57,684 nucleotides of DNA from positions 1 through 57,684 of the forward strand of contig JAGWBE010000001.1 of assembly GCA_021296055.1 (NCBI GenBank), given 5' to 3'. Made by a program: the position numbers and the translations under genes. The stretch comes from Dehalococcoidia bacterium. GTDB taxonomy: Bacteria; Chloroflexota; Dehalococcoidia; Lucifugimonadales; Australimonadaceae. Of the stretch, positions 8,392-16,979 are shown piece after piece (the stretch's first letter is position 1; each line of letters starts with the position of its first letter). Under the pieces are notes generated by a model. That model ran no database searches. It saw only the letters and a list, made by a program, of their open reading frames with translations, and had not been told where the DNA came from.

Positions 8392-9459
8392 ATGGTGACC
8401 CCTAAGCGACTGCTGACGCTAATGACGCTGCTGCTCGTTGCTCTCGCGGCAGCGGCTTGCGGCGGCGACTCGGAAGAGGCGCGCGGAGACACGCTCGGCG
8501 AGATCCTTGACCGCGGGAACCTGGTTTGCGGCATCAAGGCGGACACGCCGGGCTTCGGCGTGCTGAACCCCGATGGCACGGCGGACGGCAACGACGTTGA
8601 GTACTGCCGCGCGCTGGCGGCGGCAGTGTTCGGCGACAAGGACAAGGTTGAGTTCAAGGAGGCCACCTCCGCGAACCGCTTCGAGTTGCTGGCGGCGAAG
8701 GAGATCGACGTGCTGATTCGCACGACGACGTGGACGGCCAGCCGCGACGCGAACTTGAACGTGGCGTTTGCGCCGACGACCTTCTACGACGGCGCAGGCG
8801 TCATGGTGAAGGCGGACGCCAACGTGTCCAGCGTCAAGGACCTGAACGGGGCGACCATCTGCATCCTCGACGGCACGAGCACACAGGGCGCAGTGTCGGA
8901 CTTCTTCTCCGAGAACGGGCTCACCTACTCGGAGTTGACTCTCCAGGCCAACCCCGAGGTGCGCGCCTCCTTCATCAACGACCAGTGCGACGGTTGGTCG
9001 TCCGACAAGTCGCAGCTGGGCGGTCACCAGTTCACGCTGAAGGCCGACGGCGTCGACGCCGTTGTGCTGCCGGAGACGCTCTCGAAGGAGCCTCTGGGCC
9101 CGAGCGTGCGCGACTACGACTCCGAGTGGGAGGACGTGGTGCGCTGGGTGGTGAACGGGATGATCATCGCCGAGGAGCAGGGCGTGACGATGGGCAACGT
9201 GGGCCAGATGGCCGCGAACCCGCCCAACAACACCGTCGCGCGTCTGCTGGGCGTCGGCTTCCAGGGCGGCGCTCCGTCGAATCTGGGCATCGGCCATGGC
9301 AGGATCGACAGCACCTTCATGCAGGACGTGATCGCACAGGTCGGCAACTACGGCGAGGCGTACGAGCGCACGCTCGAGCGGGTCGGCCTGACGCGGGCGG
9401 GTTCGCCGAATGCGTCCTACCTGGACGGCGGGCTGCTCTACGCCCCGCCGATGCGCTAG
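8392..9459 (+). CDS. aapJ: General L-amino-acid ABC transporter substrate-binding lipoprotein
   Basis: Lipobox 'LAAAACGG'. The sequence 'LVCGIKADTPGFGVLNPDGTADGNDVEYCRALAAAVFGD...IDVLIRTTTWT' is AapJ/BztA-like. Confidence 0.8.
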   Translation: MVTPKRLLTLMTLLLVALAAAACGGDSEEARGDTLGEILDRGNLVCGIKADTPGFGVLNPDGTADGNDVEYCRALAAAVFGDKDKVEFKEATSANRFELLAAKEIDVLIRTTTWTASRDANLNVAFAPTTFYDGAGVMVKADANVSSVKDLNGATICILDGTSTQGAVSDFFSENGLTYSELTLQANPEVRASFINDQCDGWSSDKSQLGGHQFTLKADGVDAVVLPETLSKEPLGPSVRDYDSEWEDVVRWVVNGMIIAEEQGVTMGNVGQMAANPPNNTVARLLGVGFQGGAPSNLGIGHGRIDSTFMQDVIAQVGNYGEAYERTLERVGLTRAGSPNASYLDGGLLYAPPMR

Positions 9460-9540
9460 GCGGTCAACGCCGATCCGAGCGGATATCGCGAGGGGCGGGC
9501 AGTGTTGCCCGCCCCTCGCTTTTGATAGGTTAGGGCCGCG

Positions 9541-10707
9541 ATGAAGCAGCGCCTGCAAGACATCTGGCGCCACAAGCGCTCCCGCTACATGGCCGTCAAC
9601 GTGACGGTGGGGGCGCTGGGCGGAATCGTCGCCGGATACGTTGCCTATTCCATCGCGGTCAACTTCTTCGACTTCGACTTCCTATTCGCACCCTACGGCA
9701 GCCCCGATCGCAGTTCGATATTCCAGGCACTGGACATCGAGGCGAGCGACCCGCGCTGGCTGGGGATGCTGAAGGGGGCGGGGAACACGCTGTCGGTGGT
9801 GGGGTTCGCCATCGTCTCGGCGTCGCTGCTGGGGCTGGCCATCGGCGTGGCGCGGTTGACGGCGCACCCGCTGATGAACACGCTGGGCAACCTGTACGTG
9901 CAGACGTTCAGGAACCTGCCCTTGCTGCTCATCATGTTCTTCTTCGCCTTCGCGGTGTTTCGGTCGCTGCCGCAGATTGAGTCGCGCTCGGGCGTGGTGG
10001 GCGTGGTCTACGTGAGCAACCGGGGGCTGGCGTTGCCCTGGCTGGAGGCGGCGAGCTCGCTGTGGACGCTGTGGGCGCTCGCGCTGGCGGCGGCCGTGGC
10101 GTTGGCGTGGTTCGCGCGGCGTTGGCGCTTGCAGGAGGAGTTGCGCACGGGCCGGAGCACGCATCCGAACACGTGGGGCGTATGCGTATTCCTGTTCGTT
10201 GCGGCCGCGACCTACCTTGCGCTGGCGGCGCCGGTGCGGGTGACGCTGCCGGAGGTCACGCAGTCGGCCTCCGGTTTCTACACCTACGAGGGCGGGAACG
10301 TGTTGGGGTTAGGCTACATGAGCGCGTTCATCTCGTTGACGCTCTACTTCAGCGCCTTCATCGCGGAGATTGTGCGCGGATCGATCCAAGCGGTGCCGCA
10401 CGGACAGGTGGAGGCCGCGACGTCGCTGGGGCTGTCTCCGTATCAGCGCTTCACGCTGATTGTCCTGCCGCAGGCGCTGCGCATCATGATTCCGCTGCTG
10501 AACAACGAATACCAGAACACGAACAAGGACTCGACGCTGGCGCACGCGATCGCCTACGGCGAGATCGTGCTCATCTCTAACCGCATCGTGAACAACGCGG
10601 GCAATCTGCTGCAGACCTACATCTTCATCTTCCTCGTCTTCGTGCTGACGAACCTCATCATCTCTCTGGTGATGAACAGCATCAACAAGAGCGTGCGGAT
10701 CCGATGA
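9541..10707 (+). CDS. aapQ: Amino-acid ABC transporter permease (AapQ/BztB-like)
   Basis: 388 aa and polytopic. It carries the EAA-type loop 'VPHGQVEAATSLGLSPYQRFTLIVLPQALRIMIPLLNNEY'. Confidence 0.8.
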   Translation: MKQRLQDIWRHKRSRYMAVNVTVGALGGIVAGYVAYSIAVNFFDFDFLFAPYGSPDRSSIFQALDIEASDPRWLGMLKGAGNTLSVVGFAIVSASLLGLAIGVARLTAHPLMNTLGNLYVQTFRNLPLLLIMFFFAFAVFRSLPQIESRSGVVGVVYVSNRGLALPWLEAASSLWTLWALALAAAVALAWFARRWRLQEELRTGRSTHPNTWGVCVFLFVAAATYLALAAPVRVTLPEVTQSASGFYTYEGGNVLGLGYMSAFISLTLYFSAFIAEIVRGSIQAVPHGQVEAATSLGLSPYQRFTLIVLPQALRIMIPLLNNEYQNTNKDSTLAHAIAYGEIVLISNRIVNNAGNLLQTYIFIFLVFVLTNLIISLVMNSINKSVRIR

Positions 10708-12050
10708 TCGGGGCGCTGCCGAACGCCTCCGCCTTGTCGCGGCGCGCGGCCCACGCGCGAGCGCGGCTGTTCAACACGCGGACGAACACGGCCCTCAGCA
10801 TCGTCGCCATCGTCGTGGGCGGCGCGCTCGCCTTCCTGCTGGCGCGGTTCATCCTGTTTGAGGCCAACTGGGGCCTGGTGGCCATCAACCGCAAGCTCTT
10901 CTTCGTGGGCAGCTACCCGCCGGACGAGGCGTTCCGCATCTGGATAGCGGTGTTCATCACCGCCGTATTGGCGGCGCTCTCCTACGGCCTCTGGGGCGGC
11001 AGGCTGCGCCCCTACGCGATAGCCGTCGGCGTGACCGCGCTTCTCATCCTCACCTTGGGGCTGGGGACGGAGTTGCGCATCGAGGAGCGCCAGTACACGG
11101 AGGAGATCCAGTCGGCGTCGGGTCAGACGACGACGGTGAGCGGCATCGAACGCGAGCTGGTGTTCGACCGCGGCTGGGCGCCGACGTGGCTCTACGCGGT
11201 GTCGCTGGGCTTGGCGTTGCCCTTCGGAGCGCCGTGGCTGCTGATGGCGGCGGTCTTCGCGTTGTTGGTCGTCGGAGCGATGGCGGGGCGGCGGCTGACG
11301 CGCTGGAAGAGCAATCCCATCCTGCTTCAGTCGATAGGGGCGGCGTGGGTGCTGCTGATACCGGTCGTCGTGCTGCTGCAAGTGGGCGTGGGCGTTGACA
11401 AATGGGAGAGCGCCTTCCTTGACCTGCTGGTGTTCGCGGTGGGGGGGTTCTTCTCGTTCGTCATCGGGGTGTTCCTTGCCCTGGGACGGCGGTCGCCCTA
11501 CCGCGCCATCAGCGTAGCGTCGGTGACTTACATCGAGGTGGTGCGGGCGGCGCCGCTGCTGGTGTGGCTGCTGTTCGCCACTTTCTTGGAGGACGAGTTG
11601 GGGCCGGTGGGCGAGGCGTTCAGCAACATCTCGCTGACCTACCGCGTGATGGTCGTGTTCGCCTTCTTCGGCGGGGCGTACATCGCCGAGGTAGTGCGCG
11701 GCGGCTTGCAGTCGATACCGCGCGGCCAGTACGAGGCTGCGGACGCGATGGGGCTTTCGCCGGTGGAGAAGTACGCGGTGATCATCCTGCCGCAGGCGAT
11801 CCGGGCGGTGGTGCCGGCCATCATCGGGCGGTTCATTGCGTTGTGGAAGGACACCGCTTTGCTGGCGGCAGTGTCGTTGGTGAACACGTTGGAGAAGGCG
11901 AAGAAGGTGCTCGGCAGCCAGACGGACATCGCCGAGGGCGCGTTCTTCGAGATATACATCGTCGTCGGGCTCGTCTACTGGCTCGTCTCCTATCTGCTCT
12001 CGCGCCTGGGCGGAGCGGCGGAGACGCGCCTGCGCGTGGGCGCGCGGTAG
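10704..12050 (+). CDS. aapM: Amino-acid ABC transporter permease (AapM/BztC-like)
   Basis: 448 aa. 'IPRGQYEAADAMGLSPVEKYAVIILPQAIRAVVPAIIGRFIALWKDT'. It overlaps the upstream gene by 4 nt. Confidence 0.8.
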   Translation: MIGALPNASALSRRAAHARARLFNTRTNTALSIVAIVVGGALAFLLARFILFEANWGLVAINRKLFFVGSYPPDEAFRIWIAVFITAVLAALSYGLWGGRLRPYAIAVGVTALLILTLGLGTELRIEERQYTEEIQSASGQTTTVSGIERELVFDRGWAPTWLYAVSLGLALPFGAPWLLMAAVFALLVVGAMAGRRLTRWKSNPILLQSIGAAWVLLIPVVVLLQVGVGVDKWESAFLDLLVFAVGGFFSFVIGVFLALGRRSPYRAISVASVTYIEVVRAAPLLVWLLFATFLEDELGPVGEAFSNISLTYRVMVVFAFFGGAYIAEVVRGGLQSIPRGQYEAADAMGLSPVEKYAVIILPQAIRAVVPAIIGRFIALWKDTALLAAVSLVNTLEKAKKVLGSQTDIAEGAFFEIYIVVGLVYWLVSYLLSRLGGAAETRLRVGAR

Positions 12051-12077
12051 CGGCGAACGGGGCACAGGAGCGGAGCA

Positions 12078-12830
12078 ATGGCGACCGAGAGCAAGCGCGA
12101 AATCGTGCGGCTGGAGAAGGTGACGAAGCGGTTCGGCGACTTCACGGCGTTGAACGGCGTAGACATCTCGGTTACGGAGGGCGAGGTAGTGGCCATCATC
12201 GGGCCGTCCGGCTCGGGCAAGTCGACGCTTCTGCGCACTATCAACCAGCTGGAGCCGCACGACGAGGGGCGCATCTTCTTCGATGGAATGGAGTTGACGG
12301 ACGACAGCCGGACGCTGACGAAGATACGGGCGGAAACGGGGATGGTGTTCCAGCAGTTCAACCTGTTCCCGCACCTGACGGTGCTGCGCAACATCGCGCT
12401 CGCCCCGCAGAAGGTGCATCACCGGCCGGAGCAGGAGGCGGAGGAGCGCGCGCTCCAGTTGCTGGACCGAGTCGGCATCGTGGAGCAGGCGGAGAAGTAC
12501 CCCGGGCAGCTATCGGGCGGGCAACAGCAGCGCGTGGCCATCGCGCGGGCGCTGGCGATGGACCCGAAGCTGATGATGTTCGACGAGCCGACCTCGGCGC
12601 TCGACCCGGAGATGATCAACGAGGTGTTGAAGGTGATGACGGAGTTGGCGGCGTCGGGCATGACGATGATCTGCGTTACGCACGAGATGGGGTTCGCGCG
12701 GAACGCGGCCAACCGCGTCATCTTCATGGACGAAGGGGAAATCGTGGAAATCGGGACGTCGGCGGAGTTCTTCACGACTCCGCGCGAGCCGCGCACCAAG
12801 ACGTTCCTCGACCAAATCCTGACGCACTAG
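12078..12830 (+). CDS. aapP: Amino-acid ABC transporter ATP-binding protein
   Basis: Walker A 'GPSGSGKST', signature '[15 protein letters not shown]', Walker B '[12 protein letters not shown]'. Confidence 0.9.
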   Translation: MATESKREIVRLEKVTKRFGDFTALNGVDISVTEGEVVAIIGPSGSGKSTLLRTINQLEPHDEGRIFFDGMELTDDSRTLTKIRAETGMVFQQFNLFPHLTVLRNIALAPQKVHHRPEQEAEERALQLLDRVGIVEQAEKYPGQLSGGQQQRVAIARALAMDPKLMMFDEPTSALDPEMINEVLKVMTELAASGMTMICVTHEMGFARNAANRVIFMDEGEIVEIGTSAEFFTTPREPRTKTFLDQILTH

Positions 12831-12851
12831 GCTCCCCTACCCTCTATCTTT

Positions 12852-12877
12852 CCTTCGATTCCCCTCAGGGCGACTGG
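12852..12877. repeat. CCTTCGA..CCTCAGGGCGA module, copy 1
   Basis: ccttcgattcccctcagggcgactgg. It belongs to the same family as 18461, 18596, 33358, 46443 (reverse complement) and 53545. Confidence 0.7.
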
Positions 12878-12924
12878 AGAGAGCGCACCTGCGCGCAGTC
12901 CGCCCGCTGCCTGCGCGCTGCGTA

Positions 12925-12953
12925 GTAGGAACAGGTTTGAAACCTGTTCCTAC
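12925..12953. repeat. REP-like 29-bp palindrome GTAGGAACAGGTTTGAAACCTGTTCCTAC
   Basis: Two perfect 14-nt arms around a single central G. Near-identical copies lie at 36524, 40163, 41625 and 56500. Confidence 0.85.
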
Positions 12954-13122
12954 GGCGAAGAGGGAGGCTAGCGGGCACGCTCTGCCCTTCCCCCTCGTGC
13001 GCCTGGGCGCGGCCATGCCCTTCGCCGGCTCCGCGGAGTTGTCATCCTTCTCCTATGTGCGCCCGGGCGCGGCCTTGCGCACCGGCGTTGGGGCGTGTCG
13101 AGATTCCCGCCTACGGAGACCT

Positions 13123-13256
13123 TTGCGTAACTACTCTGTCTCCCCACCCTCACCCCCAAGAAGTAAAAGCCCTTTGTGAGGGATACCCCCACGCCCCCAG
13201 CCCCGGGGCTGGCCGCCCCTCGGCACTCCCGGCGTGAAGAGCGCCAGATTATGCAA
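13123..13256. repeat. MITE-like ~134-bp element with inverted termini (copy A)
   Basis: It starts TTGCGTAACTAC and ends ...GATTATGCAA. The internal sequence (..cccaccct..gtgagggatacccccacgcccccagcc..gctggcc..tcggc..gtgaagag..) aligns by eye with 23695..23829. Confidence 0.5.
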
Positions 13257-13386
13257 AGCCCCCCTTCACCGGAACGGCGATGGGGCAGGCTGCAAGTCGC
13301 CCTTCCCTGTCCTGAGCGCAGGCGGGACGCGTTGTCCATAATGGGGGCGTGCGGCCCTGCGCGGCAGGGCGGCGGAGGCTAGCTCG

Positions 13387-14175
13387 ATGGCGGCGACGGC
13401 GCCCATCCTTCAGGTGCAGGACGTGGTGAAGGACTTCGACGGCCTGCGCGCTGTCGATCACTGCACGTTCGACGTTTGGCCTGACGCGATAACGGGGCTG
13501 ATTGGGCCGAACGGCGCGGGCAAGACGACGCTCTTCAATCTGCTCTCCGGGGCGCTTGCGCCGACCAGTGGGCGCATCATCTTCGACGGACGGCGCATCG
13601 ACGGGATGGAGATGCACGAGACGTTCGGGCTGGGCCTGGTGCGGACGTTTCAGATACCGCGCGAGATGGCGCGGATGACGGTGCTGGAGAACCTGATGCT
13701 GGTTCCCGCGCCGCAGCTGGGCGAGCGGTTGTGGGCGTCATGGCTGACGCCGTGGCGCGTGGCCCGGCAGGAGCGCCGCATCGAAGCGCAGGCGTTGGAC
13801 GCGCTGGGGTTGGTCTCGCTCTCGCACCTGGCCAACGAGTACGCAGGGAATCTGTCAGGCGGCCAGAAGAAGCTGCTGGAGCTGGCGCGGACACTGATGG
13901 CGGAGCCGAAGATGGTGCTGCTGGACGAGCCGGGGGCAGGGGTTAACCGCATCCTCTTGCGCAGCATCGCGTCGAACATCCTGCGCGCGAGCGTGGAGCG
14001 CGGCGTCGCCTTCATCATCATCGAGCACGACATGCAGTTGGTGATGGCGCTGTGCGACCCCATCGTGGTGATGGCCAACGGCTCGGTCATTGCTCAGGGC
14101 ACGCCATTGCAGGTGCAGCAAGACCCACGCGTGCTGGAAGCCTACCTCGGGGGCCAGATCCATGGCGCTGCTTGA
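13387..14175 (+). CDS. livG: Branched-chain amino-acid ABC transporter ATP-binding protein
   Basis: 'GLIGPNGAGKTTLFN', 'LSGGQKKLLELARTL', 'VLLDEPGAG'. Confidence 0.9.
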   Translation: MAATAPILQVQDVVKDFDGLRAVDHCTFDVWPDAITGLIGPNGAGKTTLFNLLSGALAPTSGRIIFDGRRIDGMEMHETFGLGLVRTFQIPREMARMTVLENLMLVPAPQLGERLWASWLTPWRVARQERRIEAQALDALGLVSLSHLANEYAGNLSGGQKKLLELARTLMAEPKMVLLDEPGAGVNRILLRSIASNILRASVERGVAFIIIEHDMQLVMALCDPIVVMANGSVIAQGTPLQVQQDPRVLEAYLGGQIHGAA

Positions 14176-14875
14176 GGCGTCGGAGGTGGTGGCGGGCTAC
14201 GGCGAGACGGAGGTGCTGCACGGCGTGTCCGTAGTGGTGGACGAGGGGGAGGTGGTGACAATCATCGGGCCGAACGGCTGCGGCAAGTCCACACTGATGA
14301 AGGCGGTGGTGGGGTTGGTGCGCGTGCGGTCGGGCGGCGTGGCCTTCCGGGGGGCGCCCATCGAGGGGCTGCCGCCGGAGCGGATCGTGCGGACAGGCCT
14401 GTGCTATGTGCCGCAGACGAACAACGTGTTCCCGTCGCTCACCATCCGGGAGAACCTGGAGATGGGGGCGTTCGTGCGCGAGGGCGACTATCGTACGCGG
14501 ATGGACGAGATGTTCGCGCTCTTTCCCGACCTGACGCGCCAGCCGAACCGCAGGGCGGGCAGCCTGTCCGGGGGGCAGCGGCAGATGCTGGCTATCGCCC
14601 GTGCGCTGATGCTCGACCCCGTGCTGCTGCTGCTCGATGAGCCGTCGGCGGGACTGGCACCGGCGATGGTGAGCACGGTGTTCGAGCGCATCCGGGAGGT
14701 GAACCGCGCTGGCGTGGCAGTGCTGCTGGTGGAGCAGAACGCGTGGGAGGCGCTGCGGATGTCCGACCGGGGCTACTTGCTGGTCGCGGGGGAGAGCCGC
14801 CTTGAGGCGGCGGGCCGCGAGTTGCTGGACGATCCCGACGTCGCGCGGTTGTACCTGGGCGGCAGGGCGACGTGA
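14162..14875 (+). CDS. livF: Branched-chain amino-acid ABC transporter ATP-binding protein
   Basis: 'MALLEASEVVAGYG...IIGPNGCGKSTLMK...LSGGQRQMLAIARAL...LLLDEPSAGLAP'. I chose the internal ATG at 14162, which overlaps livG by 14 nt. Confidence 0.9.
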   Translation: MALLEASEVVAGYGETEVLHGVSVVVDEGEVVTIIGPNGCGKSTLMKAVVGLVRVRSGGVAFRGAPIEGLPPERIVRTGLCYVPQTNNVFPSLTIRENLEMGAFVREGDYRTRMDEMFALFPDLTRQPNRRAGSLSGGQRQMLAIARALMLDPVLLLLDEPSAGLAPAMVSTVFERIREVNRAGVAVLLVEQNAWEALRMSDRGYLLVAGESRLEAAGRELLDDPDVARLYLGGRAT

Positions 14876-15903
14876 GGGCGGCGGCGCGGCGCGGCGCGGC
14901 GCGGCGCGTTCGCCCATCGTGGTGGTCGCCACTGCATACGGTGGCGCTGATCGTGCTCGTGGCGCTCCTGGCGGGGCTGCTCCCGTTCGTGAAGATGAGC
15001 CTGGTGGTGAACGGGTTGGTGCTGGCGAGCATCATCGGCTTGGGCGCCATCGGCCTGACGCTCATCTATGGCATCTTGAACATGGCCAACGTGGCCCACG
15101 GCGACTATATGACGCTGGGCGCCTACGTCGCCCTCTTCTTCGCCGGAACGCTGATCCCCGCGCTGGGCGCGGAGGGCGGAGGGATAGGCCCTTTCACCTT
15201 CGGCTACCCACTGCTTGTGGCGATGCCGCTGTCCATCGCCGCGGTGGCGGCGTTCGCGGTGGCGGTCGACCGCCTCATCTACCGGCGGCTGCGCGAACGG
15301 GGCGTGAACGTGGTGCTGGTGTCTATGGCGTCGCTGGGGGTCGCCATCGCCTTGCGCGGGCTGGTGCAGTTGATCTGGAGCGGAGACGTGCAGCGCCTGC
15401 CGCGGGAGTCGCGCGAAGTGTGGCGTCTGCCGATGGACGTACGCGTGCCGCCCGATTCGCTCTTCATCGCCGTCGTGGCCATCGCGCTAGTGGCGGCGAC
15501 CTATCTGGTGTTGAGCCGCACGAAGATGGGGAAGGCGATGCGGGCGACGGCGGACAACCCCGACCTGGCGTTGGTGAGCGGCATTAGCACGCAGCGAGTG
15601 ATCCAGTGGACGTGGGTGATGGGCGCGGCGCTGGCGGCGACGGCGGGCGTGCTGCTCGCCGTGTTCCAGGCCAACATCATTCCAATCATGGGGTGGAAGT
15701 TCCTCATCCCGTTGTTCGCCGCCGTCATCCTGGGGGGCGTCGGCAGTCCTTACGGGGCGCTGGCCGGGGCGCTCATCATCGGCGTGACGATGGAGGTCTC
15801 GACGCAGTGGATCAACCCTAGTTACAAGCCCGCGGCGGCGTTCGCGCTGATGCTGCTGGTGTTGTTGATGCGCCCGCGCGGGCTGTTCGGGCCGCGGCAG
15901 TAA
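14872..15903 (+). CDS. livH: Branched-chain amino-acid ABC permease
   Basis: 'VNGLVLASIIGLGAIGLTLIYGILNMANVAHGDYMTLGAY' is a typical LivH N-terminus. The start is uncertain. The ORF-track GTG at 14872 includes the pentanucleotide repeat, whereas the ATG at 14995 (MSLVVNGL) fits the family better. Confidence 0.85.
   Translation: MRAAARRGAARRVRPSWWSPLHTVALIVLVALLAGLLPFVKMSLVVNGLVLASIIGLGAIGLTLIYGILNMANVAHGDYMTLGAYVALFFAGTLIPALGAEGGGIGPFTFGYPLLVAMPLSIAAVAAFAVAVDRLIYRRLRERGVNVVLVSMASLGVAIALRGLVQLIWSGDVQRLPRESREVWRLPMDVRVPPDSLFIAVVAIALVAATYLVLSRTKMGKAMRATADNPDLALVSGISTQRVIQWTWVMGAALAATAGVLLAVFQANIIPIMGWKFLIPLFAAVILGGVGSPYGALAGALIIGVTMEVSTQWINPSYKPAAAFALMLLVLLMRPRGLFGPRQ
14883..14907. repeat. Pentanucleotide microsatellite (GGCGC)x5
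   Basis: Read directly at 14883..14907, immediately after the livF stop. Confidence 0.9.
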
Positions 15904-15923
15904 CGGGAAATAAGGAGGCGGGC

Positions 15924-16928
15924 GTGGATCTGCTCGGCATCGTGGACTACCTGGTGGGGTTCGCCATCATGGCGGGCATCTACGCCGTGTTCGCGCTGGG
16001 GCTGAACGTCCACTGGGGGTTCACGGGCCTCTTCAACATCGGCATCGCGGGGTTCTTCGCGCTGGGAGCGTACACCGCCGCGCTGCTCACCACCTCGTCG
16101 CCGGACGCGGCGCAGTTCGAGGACTTTGCGTTCGCCGGGAACTGGTCGAACCTGCCGTTGCTGGATTGGGGCGTGGACGCGTGGTACGTGATGGGGTTGG
16201 CGGCGGCGGCGCTGTGCTGCGGGCTGGTGGCGCTGCCGGTGGGGTACGTGACGCTGCGCCTGCGCGACGACTACCTAGCGATAGCGACGCTGGGCATCGC
16301 GGAGACGGTGCGGCTGGTCTTTCTGAACGAGAAGTGGCTCGCCAACGGCTCCAAGGGGCTGTACCGCATCCCCGAGTTCCTGGGCGACGTGGTCTCCCCC
16401 GGCGCCTACGACTACCTGTACTTGCCGGTGGTGCTGGTCGTGCTGGCGGTGGTGTTCGTAGCGGTGCAGACGGCGGTGCGCTCGCCGTGGGGGCGCGTGC
16501 TGCGGGCGATACGAGAGGACGAGACAGCGGCGGCGGCCAGCGGCAAGGACGTGTTCCGCTTCAAACTGCAAGCATTCGTGCTGGGGGCGATGATCATGGG
16601 AGTGGGCGGGGCGCTGTTCGCGCACCACGTGCGCTTCCTCGCGCCCATCACCTTCGACCCGCTGCTGGCGACGTTCGTGATATGGGCGATGCTGATGGTC
16701 GGCGGGTCGGGGAACAATTGGGGCGCGGTGCTGGGCGCGTTCGTGGTGTGGGGGATATGGAGCGGGACGCAGTTCCTGCCGGGCCCATTGGGAGAGCCGA
16801 GTTTCCGCCTGTTCATGATCGGCGTGCTGATCGTGAGCGTGATCGTGCTGCGGCCGGGGGGCATGCTGGGCGAGGAGCGGCGCACCGCGCGGGGGGCGCC
16901 ACAGGCGCAGGCGGTGGGAGAGGGGTAA
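15924..16928 (+). CDS. livM: Branched-chain amino-acid ABC permease
   Basis: 334 aa and polytopic. 'LNVHWGFTGLFNIGIAGFFALGAYTAALL' is LivM-like. GTG start. Confidence 0.85.
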   Translation: MDLLGIVDYLVGFAIMAGIYAVFALGLNVHWGFTGLFNIGIAGFFALGAYTAALLTTSSPDAAQFEDFAFAGNWSNLPLLDWGVDAWYVMGLAAAALCCGLVALPVGYVTLRLRDDYLAIATLGIAETVRLVFLNEKWLANGSKGLYRIPEFLGDVVSPGAYDYLYLPVVLVVLAVVFVAVQTAVRSPWGRVLRAIREDETAAAASGKDVFRFKLQAFVLGAMIMGVGGALFAHHVRFLAPITFDPLLATFVIWAMLMVGGSGNNWGAVLGAFVVWGIWSGTQFLPGPLGEPSFRLFMIGVLIVSVIVLRPGGMLGEERRTARGAPQAQAVGEG

Positions 16929-16934
16929 GGTGGC

Positions 16935-16953
16935 GGGGGGGGGGGGGGGGGGG
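16935..16953. repeat. Homopolymer G19 (then C, then G5)
   Basis: Counted directly: 19 consecutive G at 16935..16953. The tract lies between the convergent stops of livM (16928) and the binding-protein gene (16980). Confidence 0.9.
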
Positions 16954-16979
16954 CGGGGGCGCGGATTCGTGCGGCAGCA

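Noticed and set aside
10617-12422. A 601-aa minus-strand ORF, and similar long antisense or out-of-frame ORFs (for example 8419..9573, 14087..14932, 33373..34557, 35117..36508, 43738..45246 and 46807..48414)
   Set aside because: They are Arg/His/Pro/Gly-rich and low-complexity. They lie entirely antisense to, or out of frame with, genes that carry strong family motifs. Such ORFs are the expected stop-codon-poor artefacts of roughly 70% GC DNA.
16935-16953. The poly-G tract as evidence of a chimeric contig join
   Set aside because: Both flanking genes are complete and functionally related (a liv permease and a liv-type binding protein, in convergent arrangement). The tract itself may still be a read artefact, and I reported it as such in the findings.
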